Notes: a model not told the origin generated them from the letters alone. A DNA stretch of 64,000 bases from an uncultured Actinomycetes bacterium (GCA_963698095.1 OY969120.1:2526419-2590418); one strand, 5' to 3'. Shown: positions 41,861 through 52,461, counted from the first letter of the stretch. Made by a program: numbers and translations.

Positions 41861-43054
41861 CTACTCGCCGCGGATGTAGGCGTCCCATCTGGCGGCGGCC
41901 TCGTCGAAGACCGCCTGGTCGATCGGGCCGCCGCTGAAGTGGGTCGAGAGGATCGTCGCGAGCGTCTCGTTGCGCCGGCGCGCCTGGTCGGCGCTCGGGT
42001 TCCAGCTCGCCCACGTCTGCAGCAGCGCGGCGCCGATCGCGGGCGAGGCCCCGACCGGGACCGCGACGTAGGAGTAGTAGACGTAGAAGGTGCCGTCGAC
42101 GCCCGTCGTCGGGTTCGAGCCGATCAGGAACACGCCCTGCCACGCTCTGCCGTTGAGCGTGAAGTTCGCCGTGAAGAAGCCCGAGCTGTAGCCGGGGCCG
42201 AGGAGCTGCTCGGAGCCGGGCATCGTGCCGGTGATCTGCACGTTCGTCATCTGCGCTCTGCAGCAGGTGGAGAGCCACTCGGGCACGGCGATCGTGAGCG
42301 AGCCGGCGGCGTCGAGGAAGCCGGGCGCCTGCGGGAAGCGCGGGTCGCGCAGCAGGATGAACGTGGCCGGCGTCTGCACGTAGAAGACGACGCCGAAGGC
42401 GAACGCGCCCTCCTTCGGGTTGGCGCCCTCGATCACGCCTCTGAGGCCGTCGAAGCCCCAGCCCGGGCGGTCGGGGACGAACGCGGTCGCGCTGCCGTCC
42501 TGGGCGGTGAAGGGCTTGAGTCTCACGGCGCCGCCGAGCGCGATCGGGCGCCCGCCGTTCGCGGTCTGCGCGATCTGGCGCAGCAGGGCGATCTGGTTCG
42601 CGGTGATCGCGGCGCGGGCGCGCGGGCCGGCGCCGGCCGCGGTGGCGTCTGCCTTGCGCGCTCCGCCGCTCGCGTACGTCGCGATCCGCAGGTACGCGCC
42701 GCTGCGCCGCAGCTCGAGTACGCGGACGCCCTGCTTCGTGGCGAGCGTGGCGCGGAAGCTGCGCGAGCTCGCGCTGCGCTTGCTGACCGTCGCGCCCTGC
42801 GCGCGGGCGATCGCGTCGCCCGCCGCGGATGCCGACTGGCTCGTCTTCGCGCGCGCGTAGACGAGCTTCAGGCTGCCCTTCGCGATCGTGTAGACGTCGC
42901 TGCGCTGGGTGAGCCTGAAGCCGGCGGGCGCGTGGATCGCGAAGCCGGTCTTGGCGTCGCGCAGGGTGCGCGTGAGCGCGGCCCCGCGCGCGGTGGCGGC
43001 GGCCGGCAGCGTGAGCGCGAGCAGCAGCGTCGCCGCGAGCGCTGCCTGTCGCAT
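41861..43054 (-). CDS. Secreted hypothetical protein (~397 aa)
   Basis: Signal peptide MRQAALAATLLLALTLPAAATA; coding-like codon bias. Confidence 0.65.
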   Translation of the reverse strand: MRQAALAATLLLALTLPAAATARGAALTRTLRDAKTGFAIHAPAGFRLTQRSDVYTIAKGSLKLVYARAKTSQSASAAGDAIARAQGATVSKRSASSRSFRATLATKQGVRVLELRRSGAYLRIATYASGGARKADATAAGAGPRARAAITANQIALLRQIAQTANGGRPIALGGAVRLKPFTAQDGSATAFVPDRPGWGFDGLRGVIEGANPKEGAFAFGVVFYVQTPATFILLRDPRFPQAPGFLDAAGSLTIAVPEWLSTCCRAQMTNVQITGTMPGSEQLLGPGYSSGFFTANFTLNGRAWQGVFLIGSNPTTGVDGTFYVYYSYVAVPVGASPAIGAALLQTWASWNPSADQARRRNETLATILSTHFSGGPIDQAVFDEAAARWDAYIRGE

Positions 43055-43109
43055 GACCCGGTTTCGCCTCGTGCGCGTCACGACCGCCGCGAGCTTATCC
43101 GCGCGACGG

Positions 43110-43862
43110 CTACGCCGCCAGCGGCGGCGCGGTCGCCGGAAGCGCCTCGGGCGCGTCGGGCAGCGGGACGACCGGCCAGGCGCGCTCGATCCGCTCGTCT
43201 CTGCCGTTGCGGCGCAGGTAGTCCTCGAACGAGGCGGCCTGCTCGGCCGCCCACGCAACCTGCCGGGCGTGCAGCGTGGGGAGGTCGAGCGCGCGCAGCT
43301 CCTCGAACGCCTGCCCGAGCCGCCACGCGACGCGCGCGGCGGCGAGCGCGTCCGCGTGCGAGGCGTGCGCCTCGTCGAGCGGCACGTCGTAGTGCGCGCA
43401 GACGGCGCCGAGCGTGCGCTTGCCCTTGCGATAGCGGTCGACCTGCTTGTCGAGCACGAACGGGTCGACGACGAGCATCCCGGCGTCGCCGCCGACGCGG
43501 TCGGCGAGCGGCGCGATGCCGTTGCGGCGCGCTTCGCGGTCGAGGCAGGTGAGGTCGAAGCGGGCGTTGAAGGCGACGACGGGGACGCCCTGGCGCAGCT
43601 GCTCCGCGAGCGTCGCGACGATCTCCTCGACCGCCTCGCGCGGCGGGCGGCCCTCCGCGCGGGCGCGCTCGGTCGTTATCCCGTGGACGGCGGAGGCGCC
43701 CGCCGGGATCTCCACACCGGGGTCGAGCAGCCACGCGTGGAAGACCGGCGCCAGCTCGTCGCCGACGACGCTCACCGCGGCCGTGACGATGCGGTCCGAC
43801 TCGCTGTCGATTCCCGTCGTCTCCAGGTCAAATGCGGCGAGGCGGCCGTGGTGCCAGCTCAT
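43110..43862 (-). CDS. DnaQ-like 3'-5' exonuclease (DEDDh)
   Basis: AFDLETTG, VAFNARFDL, AHASHADA. Confidence 0.9.
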   Translation of the reverse strand: MSWHHGRLAAFDLETTGIDSESDRIVTAAVSVVGDELAPVFHAWLLDPGVEIPAGASAVHGITTERARAEGRPPREAVEEIVATLAEQLRQGVPVVAFNARFDLTCLDREARRNGIAPLADRVGGDAGMLVVDPFVLDKQVDRYRKGKRTLGAVCAHYDVPLDEAHASHADALAAARVAWRLGQAFEELRALDLPTLHARQVAWAAEQAASFEDYLRRNGRDERIERAWPVVPLPDAPEALPATAPPLAA

Positions 43863-43908
43863 GCCGCGGAAGCATGAAGACGGGTCCGGACGGCGCCGTT
43901 GCGGCGAG

Positions 43909-43995
43909 CGGAGGGGGAGGGATTCGAACCCTCGATGGACTCTCGCCCATGCTGGTTTTCAAGACCAGTGCATTCAACCGCTCTGCCACCCCTCC
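43909..43995 (-). tRNA. tRNA-Ser(TGA)
   Basis: GGAGGGG acceptor; CTGGT-CTTGAAA-ACCAG anticodon arm; long variable arm; GGTTCGAATCC; no encoded CCA. Confidence 0.95.
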
Positions 43996-44078
43996 GTGAC
44001 GCGGCGGTTCGATGCTAGTGGACCTGCGGCGGTCCGGCGCGCGGACGTGCGGGCGGCGTCGTAGCATCGGCGGGTACC

Positions 44079-44792
44079 GTGCACGCCGCCGTCCCGCCGA
44101 TCGCGAGCATCGCGTCCACCTACCGGGACGTCGTGGTCGACAGAGGGCACCAGCCGGCGCTGCTGATGCTGGTCGCGTTCGGGGTCACGTTCGGCGTGAC
44201 GCGCTTCGTCACGCACTCGATCCGCGCGAGACGGTTCAGCTGGCTCGGCGACGTCGAGGCGGGCGACACGCACATCCACCACCTCGTGTGGGGGATCGTG
44301 CTGCTGTTGGTGTCGGGGCTGCTGACGGTCGCGGTGGGCGTGCCGCTGGAGGTGACCGCGGTCGTGTTCGGCGTCGGCGCCGCGCTGACGCTCGACGAGT
44401 TCGCGCTGTGGCTGCACCTCGACGACGTCTACTGGTCGGAGCAGGGGCGCCAGTCGATCGACGCGGTGATCGTCTTCGCGATCGTGACGGGCTTCATGCT
44501 GCTCGGCGCGTATCCCCTGTCGATCGGCGAGAACGGCAGCGCGCGCGACTTCGCGTCGGTGGCTGTCACGGTCGTCTTCGGCGTTGTGTGGGCGGTCGTG
44601 TGCCTGCTGAAGGGGAAGCTGATGTGGGCCGTGGTCGGCGTGTACGTCGGGCCGGTCGCGGTGATCGGCGCGCTGCGGCTGGCGAAGCCGGACTCGTGGT
44701 GGGCGCGCAAGCGCTACGACGAGACGAAGCTCGCACGTTCGCGCGCGCGGTACGCGAGCGAGGCTGCGGTGCACAAGCCGGCGCTGCGGTGA
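44079..44792 (+). CDS. Conserved actinobacterial membrane protein
   Basis: HIHHLVWG, LTLDEFALWLHLDDVYW; multiple TM helices. Confidence 0.7.
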   Translation: MHAAVPPIASIASTYRDVVVDRGHQPALLMLVAFGVTFGVTRFVTHSIRARRFSWLGDVEAGDTHIHHLVWGIVLLLVSGLLTVAVGVPLEVTAVVFGVGAALTLDEFALWLHLDDVYWSEQGRQSIDAVIVFAIVTGFMLLGAYPLSIGENGSARDFASVAVTVVFGVVWAVVCLLKGKLMWAVVGVYVGPVAVIGALRLAKPDSWWARKRYDETKLARSRARYASEAAVHKPALR

Positions 44793-44856
44793 CGGCGCTG
44801 GTCGCCTCGCCCGCGCGTCAGCGCGCGCGAGCCTCTAGACTGGCTGTCTCCCACCG

Positions 44857-44945
44857 GGAGAGGTGGCCGAGTGGCTGAAGGCACTCGCCTGCTAAGCGAG
44901 TATGGGGGTCAAACTCCATCGCGGGTTCGAATCCCGCCCTCTCCG
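44857..44945 (+). tRNA. tRNA-Ser(GCT)
   Basis: GGAGAGG acceptor; CTCGC-CTGCTAA-GCGAG; long variable arm; GGTTCGAATCC. Confidence 0.95.
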
Positions 44946-45007
44946 TCCGGTCCGCCACCCGGCGGGCCGTCCCAAGCGACCGGCGGCTACAATCCCCCGC
45001 TCGCACT

Positions 45008-45887
<880 letters not shown>

Positions 45888-45891
<4 letters not shown>

Positions 45892-46667
45892 AGGTCGGGC
45901 TCGATGTCGCTGTTGACCTGCAGATTCCAGCGTGGGTCGATCGGGCCGCGCGCCGGCAGCGCGCGGACGAGGCGGGTCGGGTGCTCGCCGCCGGCGAGCG
46001 CGACCCGTTGCAGCGGCTCGAGGTTGAGGTCGTCGCGGTGCTGATCGAGGAGCCATCCGAGCCGCCGCGCGACCGAGCGTGATCGCACCGCTGCGAGCCG
46101 AGCCAGCTCCGGCACGTCGACGTCGCCGATCTCGGAGATCACGGTGGCGACGTTGCTCAACCCTCCGGCATCGTCGGGGTGGACCACGAGGTCGACCAGC
46201 GTCGTCTCGCGGGTGGCGAGCCGGAAGCGACCGGTGTTGACCTGGCGCTCCTCGATCGCCATCTCGCCGATGTGCTCGTTGGCGTAGAAGCGCAGCCGCA
46301 CGCGCTCGATGTCGCGATCGGCGACCGGCCGATCGACCATCACCTGAAAGACCTGCGGCGCCTGATGTGCGGCGCCGTGCATCGCCGCCGCGGTGAGCAG
46401 GCTCACGTAGTAGTCGCGCCCGAGCGCGCGCATCATCGCGTCGACGAACAGCTCGCCGGGCACGACGCCCCAGGACCGGTACTCCGGCGGGATCACCACG
46501 TAGAGCCCGCGTGCTGGCGAGAACATCGCGCCGCGGCGGCGCAGGCGCTGCAGCCCTGGGTAGACGTGGGCCGTCGGGACGCCGGCGAGCTGCGCCGCCT
46601 CCGCTGGGGTGACCGAATAGCGGCCCTGGGACACCAGCGCGTCGGGGAGATCGGCGATAGACGGCAT
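45888..46667 (-). CDS. AbiEi-family antitoxin (type IV TA)
   Basis: N-terminal wHTH; ARGLYVVIPPEY, YYVSLLTAAAMHGAAHQAPQVFQV, ETTLVD. Confidence 0.85.
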
Positions 46668-46812
46668 ATCGAGCAGTCTAACGCTTAGCGTTTGTTAGCC
46701 CAAACGGTCGTTGAGAGCCGATGTCGCTTCCAGCGTGCCTACTCGTTTCTTGTGCGCCTCGTCTCCCCGGCGCACTTCTGGGCGTTGCGGCTCTATCTGC
46801 CTTGCGCCCTGC

Positions 46813-46831
46813 AACCGGAGCATGTTCCGTT
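46813..46831. promoter_or_regulatory. Putative TetR operator (second related copy at 47494-47511)
   Basis: AACCGGAGCATGTTCCGTT and AACGGAGCGCGCTCCGAT, palindromes just before tetR and the oxidoreductase. Confidence 0.55.
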
Positions 46832-46842
46832 AGGGTGGCGCG

Positions 46843-47457
46843 ATGGCTCAACCGGTGCGCAGCGACGCGGCACGCAACCGTCAGGCGCTCATCGAGGTCG
46901 CGACCAGGCTGTTCATCTCGGCCGGTGCCGACGGCGAACCCTCGCTGCGTCTGATAGCCGGCGAGGCCGGTGTCGGCATCGCGACGCTCTACCGGCACTT
47001 CCCCACCCGCGAGGCGCTGGTCGAGGCCGTGTACCAGGACCAGGTGCGCCGCCTGACCGATGGCGCCGATCGTCTTCTCGCCACCTGCCCACCCGCGCAG
47101 GCCATGCGCCGCTGGATGGACCTGTTCACCGAGTGGATGGCCACCAAGAACGGCATGCTCGACACCTTGCGAGCCATGATCAACAACAAGCAGTTGGGCT
47201 CCGGTGACACCCGCACCCAACTGCTGGCCGCCATCGACAAGCTCCTCGCCGCCGGCCGTGCCGCAGGCGACATCTCCGCGCACGCCACCTCCGAGGACAT
47301 CGCAGCCGGCCTCATCGGCATCTCCACGGTGGCCCCGATCACCACCAGCAGCGAACAAGCCACCCGGCTGCTCGACATCTTCATGAACGGCCTTTCTGCG
47401 CCCACCGCCGGCGAGCAGACGCCCGCACCGACGCGGAGCGCGCGACGCCGTTCATAG
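46843..47457 (+). CDS. TetR-family regulator
   Basis: RSDAARNR, IAGEAGVGIATLYRHFPTREAL. Confidence 0.9.
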   Translation: MAQPVRSDAARNRQALIEVATRLFISAGADGEPSLRLIAGEAGVGIATLYRHFPTREALVEAVYQDQVRRLTDGADRLLATCPPAQAMRRWMDLFTEWMATKNGMLDTLRAMINNKQLGSGDTRTQLLAAIDKLLAAGRAAGDISAHATSEDIAAGLIGISTVAPITTSSEQATRLLDIFMNGLSAPTAGEQTPAPTRSARRRS

Positions 47458-47511
47458 CCGGCTGTCGGACGGCGGAGTCGCCACCTCACCCAAAACGGAG
47501 CGCGCTCCGAT

Positions 47512-48252
47512 ATGCTCGGGTTCGGAACCGACTATGCCGGGGTCGTGGACCAGGTCGGTGATGGCGTGACCGAGTTCGCGGCCGGCGACCGAGTGTTCGG
47601 CGGCGCCCTCTCGCGCGCGGTCGCCGACTACGTCGTGGCAGACGTGGCAGGGACCATTGCGGCGCTCGGCGCGCACCACACGCCCGACGGCGTCGACGAC
47701 CGCACCGCCGCCACCCTCGCCATCGCGGGTTGTACGGCCGCGGCCGCCCTCGCCGTCGTCAACCCCGGCCCGGGCGACACGCTGCTCATCGGCGGCGCGG
47801 GAGGCGGGGTCGGCGTGTTCGCCGTCCAGCTCGCTCGCCTCGCGGGGGCGCGAGTGATCGGGACGGGATCGGCGGCGTCGGCCGATGTCCTGCGTGCCCT
47901 CGGGGCCGAGCCGGTCGCCTATGGCGACGGCCTGGTCGACCGGCTCCGTGCCTTGGCACCGGCCGGCGTCACCGCGGCGATCGACCTCCACGGGACGGAG
48001 ACGATGCAGGCAGCACGGGACCTCGGCGTTCCGGACGAGCGCATCACCACCATCGCTGCACAGGTCGACGGGGTGACGCCGGCCAACGGCGCTCACGCCG
48101 CTCCCGGCGCCATAGAGGAGATTGCTCGCCTGGCCGCGGCGGGCCAGATCCGCGTGCCCATCGCGGCCACCTTCCCGGTCGAGCAGATCCGCGCCGCGGT
48201 CGAGCTTCAGGCCGGCGGGCACGTCCACGGCAAGGTCGTCATCGACCTCTAG
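47512..48252 (+). pseudogene. NADP-dependent oxidoreductase (MDR/quinone oxidoreductase family), N-terminally truncated
   Basis: Begins at GFGTDYAGVV, lacking the usual N-terminal GroES segment; LLIGGAGGGVG, GHVHGKVVI. Confidence 0.65.
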
Positions 48253-48264
48253 CTCGCGCACCGG

Positions 48265-48298
48265 CCGACACGCCGTGGAATCCTCCACGGCGTGTCGG
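48265..48298. promoter_or_regulatory. Perfect 15-bp inverted repeat over the marR start codon (operator or terminator)
   Basis: CCGACACGCCGTGGA-atcc-TCCACGGCGTGTCGG. Confidence 0.55.
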
Positions 48299-48798
48299 CG
48301 CCGCTCTCCTTCGACCCGATCGACGAGGCCGGTCGCCAGTGGCGAGCGCACTGGGGCCGGGCGTCCGCGCCGCCGATGATGGCGGTCACGTAGATCATGC
48401 GCGCGCAGCAGATCCTGCTCGCGCGCCTCAACGACGTGCTCGGTCCGTTCGAGCTGACGTTCCCGCGCCACGAGGCGCTGATGCTGCTGTACCTGAGCCG
48501 GCGCGGATCCCTGCCGCTGGGGAAGATGGGGGCGCGGCTGCAGGTGCATCCGGCGAGCGTGACGAACCTGATCGACGGGCTCGAGGACGCCGGCTACGCG
48601 ACGCGCACTCCGCATCCGAGCGACCGCCGCGCGACGCTCGCGGCGATCAGCGCCCGCGGGCGGAAGACCGCCGCGGAGGCGACCGAGGCGCTCAACGCCA
48701 TGCGCTTCGGAACGACGCCGCTGCGCGTCGCGGACCTGAACGCGACGACCGGCGTCCTGCGCGAGCTGCGCGCCGCCGTAGGGGACTTCGAGCCCTGA
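48292..48798 (+). pseudogene. MarR-family regulator with in-frame TAG at codon 34 (48391-48393)
   Basis: GTG 48292 gives SAPLSFDPIDEAGRQWRAHWG...MAVT*IMRAQQILL...HPASVTN..D; one frame throughout. Confidence 0.7.
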
Positions 48799-48805
48799 GC
48801 GGGCG

Positions 48806-48883
48806 TCAGCGCGCCATCGCGCGCACGTCGGCCAGCTCCTGCGGGACCGCGTACAGCTCGGCGAAGGGGGTCTCGGCGCTCAT
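48806..48883 (-). pseudogene. 25-codon remnant, probably the N-terminus of an acyl-CoA dehydrogenase
   Basis: MSAETPFAELYAVPQELADVRAMAR*, ATGA-coupled to the upstream dehydrogenase. Confidence 0.4.
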
Positions 48884-49767
48884 GCCGGCACCCGCGCCGG
48901 CTCGGCGGCGTAGTCGAAGAAGCCGCGGCCGCTCTTGCGGCCGAGCCGGCCGGCGGCGGTCATGCGGCGCAGCAGCGCGGGGGGCGCGTACTCGGGGCGC
49001 TTGAACTCGTCGTAGAGCGAGTCGCAGACGGCTTCGAGGACGTCGAGGCCGATGAAGTCGCAGAGCGTGAGGGGTCCCATCGGGTGCCCGCAGCCCTGCT
49101 TCATGCCCTCGTCGATGTCGTCGCGCGTGGCGAAGCCGTCCTCGAGCATCCGCACGGCCGCCATCAGATAGGGGACGAGCAGGAAGTTGACGATGAAGCC
49201 GGCGCGGTCCTTCGTGCGCACCGCGTGCTTGTCGATCTGTTGCGCGAACGTCTCGGCGACGGCGATCGTGGCGAGGCTCGTGTCGAGGCCGACGACCAGC
49301 TCGACGAGGCTCATCACCGGAACGGGGCTGAAGAAGTGCAGGCCGCACACGCGCTCTGGGCGCGTGGTGGCGGCGGCGAGCGACGCGATCGGGATCGACG
49401 ACGTGTTGGACGCGAGGATCCGCGCCTCCGGCGCGGCCGCGTCGAGGCGCGCGAACAGCTCGCGCTTGGCGTCGAGGTCCTCGACGATCGCCTCGACCAC
49501 GACGTCGGCGTCGGCGAGGTCGGCGAGGTCGGCGCTCCACGCGATCCGCTCGACGAGCTGGACGCCCTCCTGCGGCGTGAGCTTCGAACCGCGGACGGCG
49601 CGCGCGACGGACTGGTCGATGCGCTCGCGCGAGCGCGCCAGCGCGCGCTCGTCCGGCTCGTACAGCGTGACGCGGAGCCCCGCGCGCGCGACGGTCTCGG
49701 CGATCCCGGAGCCCATGAAGCCGGCTCCTGCCACGCCCACCGCGCTGATGGGCTGGGTGGTCATCAT
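48880..49767 (-). CDS. 3-hydroxybutyryl-CoA/3-hydroxyacyl-CoA dehydrogenase
   Basis: GVAGAGFMGSGIA, VVEAIVED, LASNTSS, GLHFFSP, HPMGPLTLCDFIGLD. Confidence 0.92.
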   Translation of the reverse strand: MMTTQPISAVGVAGAGFMGSGIAETVARAGLRVTLYEPDERALARSRERIDQSVARAVRGSKLTPQEGVQLVERIAWSADLADLADADVVVEAIVEDLDAKRELFARLDAAAPEARILASNTSSIPIASLAAATTRPERVCGLHFFSPVPVMSLVELVVGLDTSLATIAVAETFAQQIDKHAVRTKDRAGFIVNFLLVPYLMAAVRMLEDGFATRDDIDEGMKQGCGHPMGPLTLCDFIGLDVLEAVCDSLYDEFKRPEYAPPALLRRMTAAGRLGRKSGRGFFDYAAEPARVPA

Positions 49768-49945
49768 GCGCTCCTCGACAATGGTTCGACCTCCAACTAT
49801 CGTGACTTGGAACGCTGGCATGACTGCTCTGCGTCCGGCGAACACCGACAGCGATACGGCGTTCACCACCCTTTCGGGGGAGGCGATCGGACCGCATTGA
49901 CGTCCGCCGACGCCGTCTGCGCGGTGCTCTGCGAAGCTCCCGGCG

Positions 49946-51199
49946 ATGATGTCGATCATCGGCTCGCCGGTCCTCGCGACAAGCGCGGAGATGTTCAACC
50001 GCTCCGCGCTCGTGTTCGGGGCGCTGCTGATGATCGGCGCGCTCGCGTCGGGGCTCGCGCGGCGCAGCTTCCTCGCGCTCACGCCGGTGTTCGTGCTCGC
50101 CGGCCTCGCGCTCGGCAGAGGCGGCGTCGGCTTCCTGCACTTCGACGCGAAGTCGGGGTTCGTGGCCGAGCTCGCGTCCGTCGCGCTGATCGTGATCCTG
50201 TTCCGGGACGGTCTCGAGGTCGACGGCGAGCTGCTGCAGCGTCACTGGGCCTGGCCCGCGCGCAAGCTGGTCGTGGCGATGCCGATCACCGCGGGGATCG
50301 TCGCGCTCGCCGCGCACGCGCTGCTCGGGCTGGACTGGACGCGCGCGTTCCTGCTCGGCGCGCTGCTGTCCCCGACCGACCCGGTGCTGTCGTCGAGCGT
50401 CGTGACGAACCCGCGCGTGCCGCGCCTCGTGCGCCACTCGCTCAACCTCGAGTCCGGCCTCAACGACGGCCTCGCGCTCCCGCCCGTGCTGGCGCTCAGC
50501 GCCGCGCTCGTCGTGGCCGACCACGACACGTTCGTGTGGTGGCGCTTCGTGCTGGAGGACGTCGGGCTCGGGTTCGCGTTCGGCGTCGCGATCGGCTTCG
50601 CGGCCGCGCTGCTGCTGCCGCGGGGCGAGTACGCGCGCGAGACGATGCCGGCTCACCAGCGCGCGCTCTACGCGCTCGGCGTCGCGTTCGCGACCTACGG
50701 GCTCACGGTCCTGCCGCCGCGCGGCAACGGCTACATCGCCGTGTTCGTGTGCGCGATCGTGCTCGGCATCCGCCGGCCCGACCTGCGCCACTGGTTCGCG
50801 CAGCGCAGCGAGGACCTCGTCGAGATCGTCAAGCTCGGGATCTTCGTCGTGTTCGGGTCGCTGCTGACCATCCACGGCCTCTTCGACGACGGCTGGAGCG
50901 CCGTCGCGCTCGTCGCGGTCACGCTGCTGCTCGCCCGGCCGATCGCCGTCTGGACCGCGCTCGCCGGCCTGCGCGTCGACTGGGCGACGAAGGCGTTCAT
51001 GTCGTGGTTCGGCCCCAAGGGCGTCGCCACGATGACGTTCTCGCTGCTGATCCTCGCCCAGCCGATCCCCGGCAACCAGCGCATCTTCGACCTCGCGGCG
51101 CTCGTCGTCGTCTGCTCGATCGTCGCCCACGGCCTCACCGACACGCCCGGCAGCGAGTGGATCGCCCGGCGCGGCGAGGCCGAGGACGCCGCCGGCTGA
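49946..51199 (+). CDS. Cation:proton antiporter (CPA1/NhaP-like)
   Basis: LSPTDPVL, LNLESGLNDG, FGPKG; start uncertain. Confidence 0.85.
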   Translation: MMSIIGSPVLATSAEMFNRSALVFGALLMIGALASGLARRSFLALTPVFVLAGLALGRGGVGFLHFDAKSGFVAELASVALIVILFRDGLEVDGELLQRHWAWPARKLVVAMPITAGIVALAAHALLGLDWTRAFLLGALLSPTDPVLSSSVVTNPRVPRLVRHSLNLESGLNDGLALPPVLALSAALVVADHDTFVWWRFVLEDVGLGFAFGVAIGFAAALLLPRGEYARETMPAHQRALYALGVAFATYGLTVLPPRGNGYIAVFVCAIVLGIRRPDLRHWFAQRSEDLVEIVKLGIFVVFGSLLTIHGLFDDGWSAVALVAVTLLLARPIAVWTALAGLRVDWATKAFMSWFGPKGVATMTFSLLILAQPIPGNQRIFDLAALVVVCSIVAHGLTDTPGSEWIARRGEAEDAAG

Positions 51200-51333
51200 G
51201 CGCTCGGCCGCCAGGTCCGCGGAGGCGGTCCGCGAAAGGACTACCCTTGGGGTGAGGTTGTGTCGCGCTGACTCACCGCTCCCAGGCAGCGTATGGCCGA
51301 CCCCTCGCGGAGCGGATCGAGGAACTCGCCGTC

Positions 51334-51510
51334 ATGGCACTCATGCATCAGATGTTCACTCCCACGCGGCGCAAGCTGACGTCCGAGCAGGCCGCCGGCT
51401 TCATGGCCGAGCAGCAGCGGCTGAAGGCGGCGGCGGCCGGCCGCCGCGCGACGGCCGCCGCGCGCAGCGCCGCGCCGAAGCGCGCCGATCGGTCGGCGCG
51501 CTCTCGCTGA
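51334..51510 (+). CDS. 58-aa basic hypothetical protein
   Basis: GAGGA RBS, ATG 51334, TGA 51508-51510; Ala/Arg-rich. Confidence 0.35.
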   Translation: MALMHQMFTPTRRKLTSEQAAGFMAEQQRLKAAAAGRRATAAARSAAPKRADRSARSR

Positions 51511-51525
51511 GGCTGCGGCAGCGGG

Positions 51526-52461
51526 TCAGCCCTGCTCGGCGCGGTTGCGCCCGTGGCGCTTGGCCGAGTACATCGCGCGATCGGCCGCGTGCAGGAGGTC
51601 CGGCGCCGTCGGGCTGGCGCTGCTGAGCGACGCGCTGCCGACCGAGACCGTCAAGGACACGTCGCCGGCCGAGGTGTGGAAGGGCGTGCTCGCGATGGCC
51701 TCGACGATGCGCCGGGCGAGGCCGGCGGACGCCTCCTCCTGCGTCTCTGCGTCGCCCTGTTCGAGCATCAGGATGCAGAACTCCTCGCCGCCCCAGCGGG
51801 CGACGATGTCACCGTTGCGCGCGGTCGCGGCCAGGCGGCGGGCGACCTGCCGCAGCACCTCGTCGCCGACGAGATGGCCGTAGGTGTCGTTGACGTCCTT
51901 GAAGTGGTCGACGTCGACGACGATCGTCGCGCGCGCGCGCGTGACGAGCCAGCCGCCGCCGCTGAGGATGTCGTCGATGTGGCTGCGGTTCGGCAGCCGG
52001 GTCAGCGGATCGGTGCGCGCCTCGCGCTCGGCGTCCAGCAGCCGCCGCGCGGGCAGCGTCGCGTCGCGCTGCACCGCGACGTGGAACGCCGGCGCGCCGT
52101 CCGGCCCGGTGAGCGTGGAGATCGTCCACTCCATCAGGAACGGCGTGCCGTCCTTGCGGTAGTTGACGACTTGCCCGCTGAACGGCTTTCCGGCCGCCAG
52201 GTCCTCGCGCAGGCGGCGCAGCACCGCGGGGTCGGTGTCCTCGCCCTGCAGGATTCTCGGGCTGCGCCCGAGCAGCTCCGCGGGCGCGTAGCCGGTTATC
52301 TCGCACGCCGCCCGGTTGACGTACACGATCGTCCTGTCGTCGCTGGCGACGGTGGCGATGACGCCGTCGGAGAGGCAGTCGAGCACCTCGCCCGCGGAGA
52401 AGACGACGTCCTGCGGCGGCTCGGCGTCGTCGACACGTTGCACGAAGGCGGGGAAGACCAT
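51526..52461 (-). CDS. PAS-PAC/GGDEF diguanylate cyclase
   Basis: IVYVNRAACEITGY, NYRKDG, DPLTRLPNR, DVDHFKDVNDTYGH..GD, RWGGEEF, ADRAMYSAK. Confidence 0.9.
   Translation of the reverse strand: MVFPAFVQRVDDAEPPQDVVFSAGEVLDCLSDGVIATVASDDRTIVYVNRAACEITGYAPAELLGRSPRILQGEDTDPAVLRRLREDLAAGKPFSGQVVNYRKDGTPFLMEWTISTLTGPDGAPAFHVAVQRDATLPARRLLDAEREARTDPLTRLPNRSHIDDILSGGGWLVTRARATIVVDVDHFKDVNDTYGHLVGDEVLRQVARRLAATARNGDIVARWGGEEFCILMLEQGDAETQEEASAGLARRIVEAIASTPFHTSAGDVSLTVSVGSASLSSASPTAPDLLHAADRAMYSAKRHGRNRAEQG

Noticed and set aside
48391-48393. Pyrrolysine or amber recoding in marR
   Set aside because: No pyl genes seen, TAG ends many normal genes here (acs, nuoA, nuoI, sod), and a single substitution from TCG explains it
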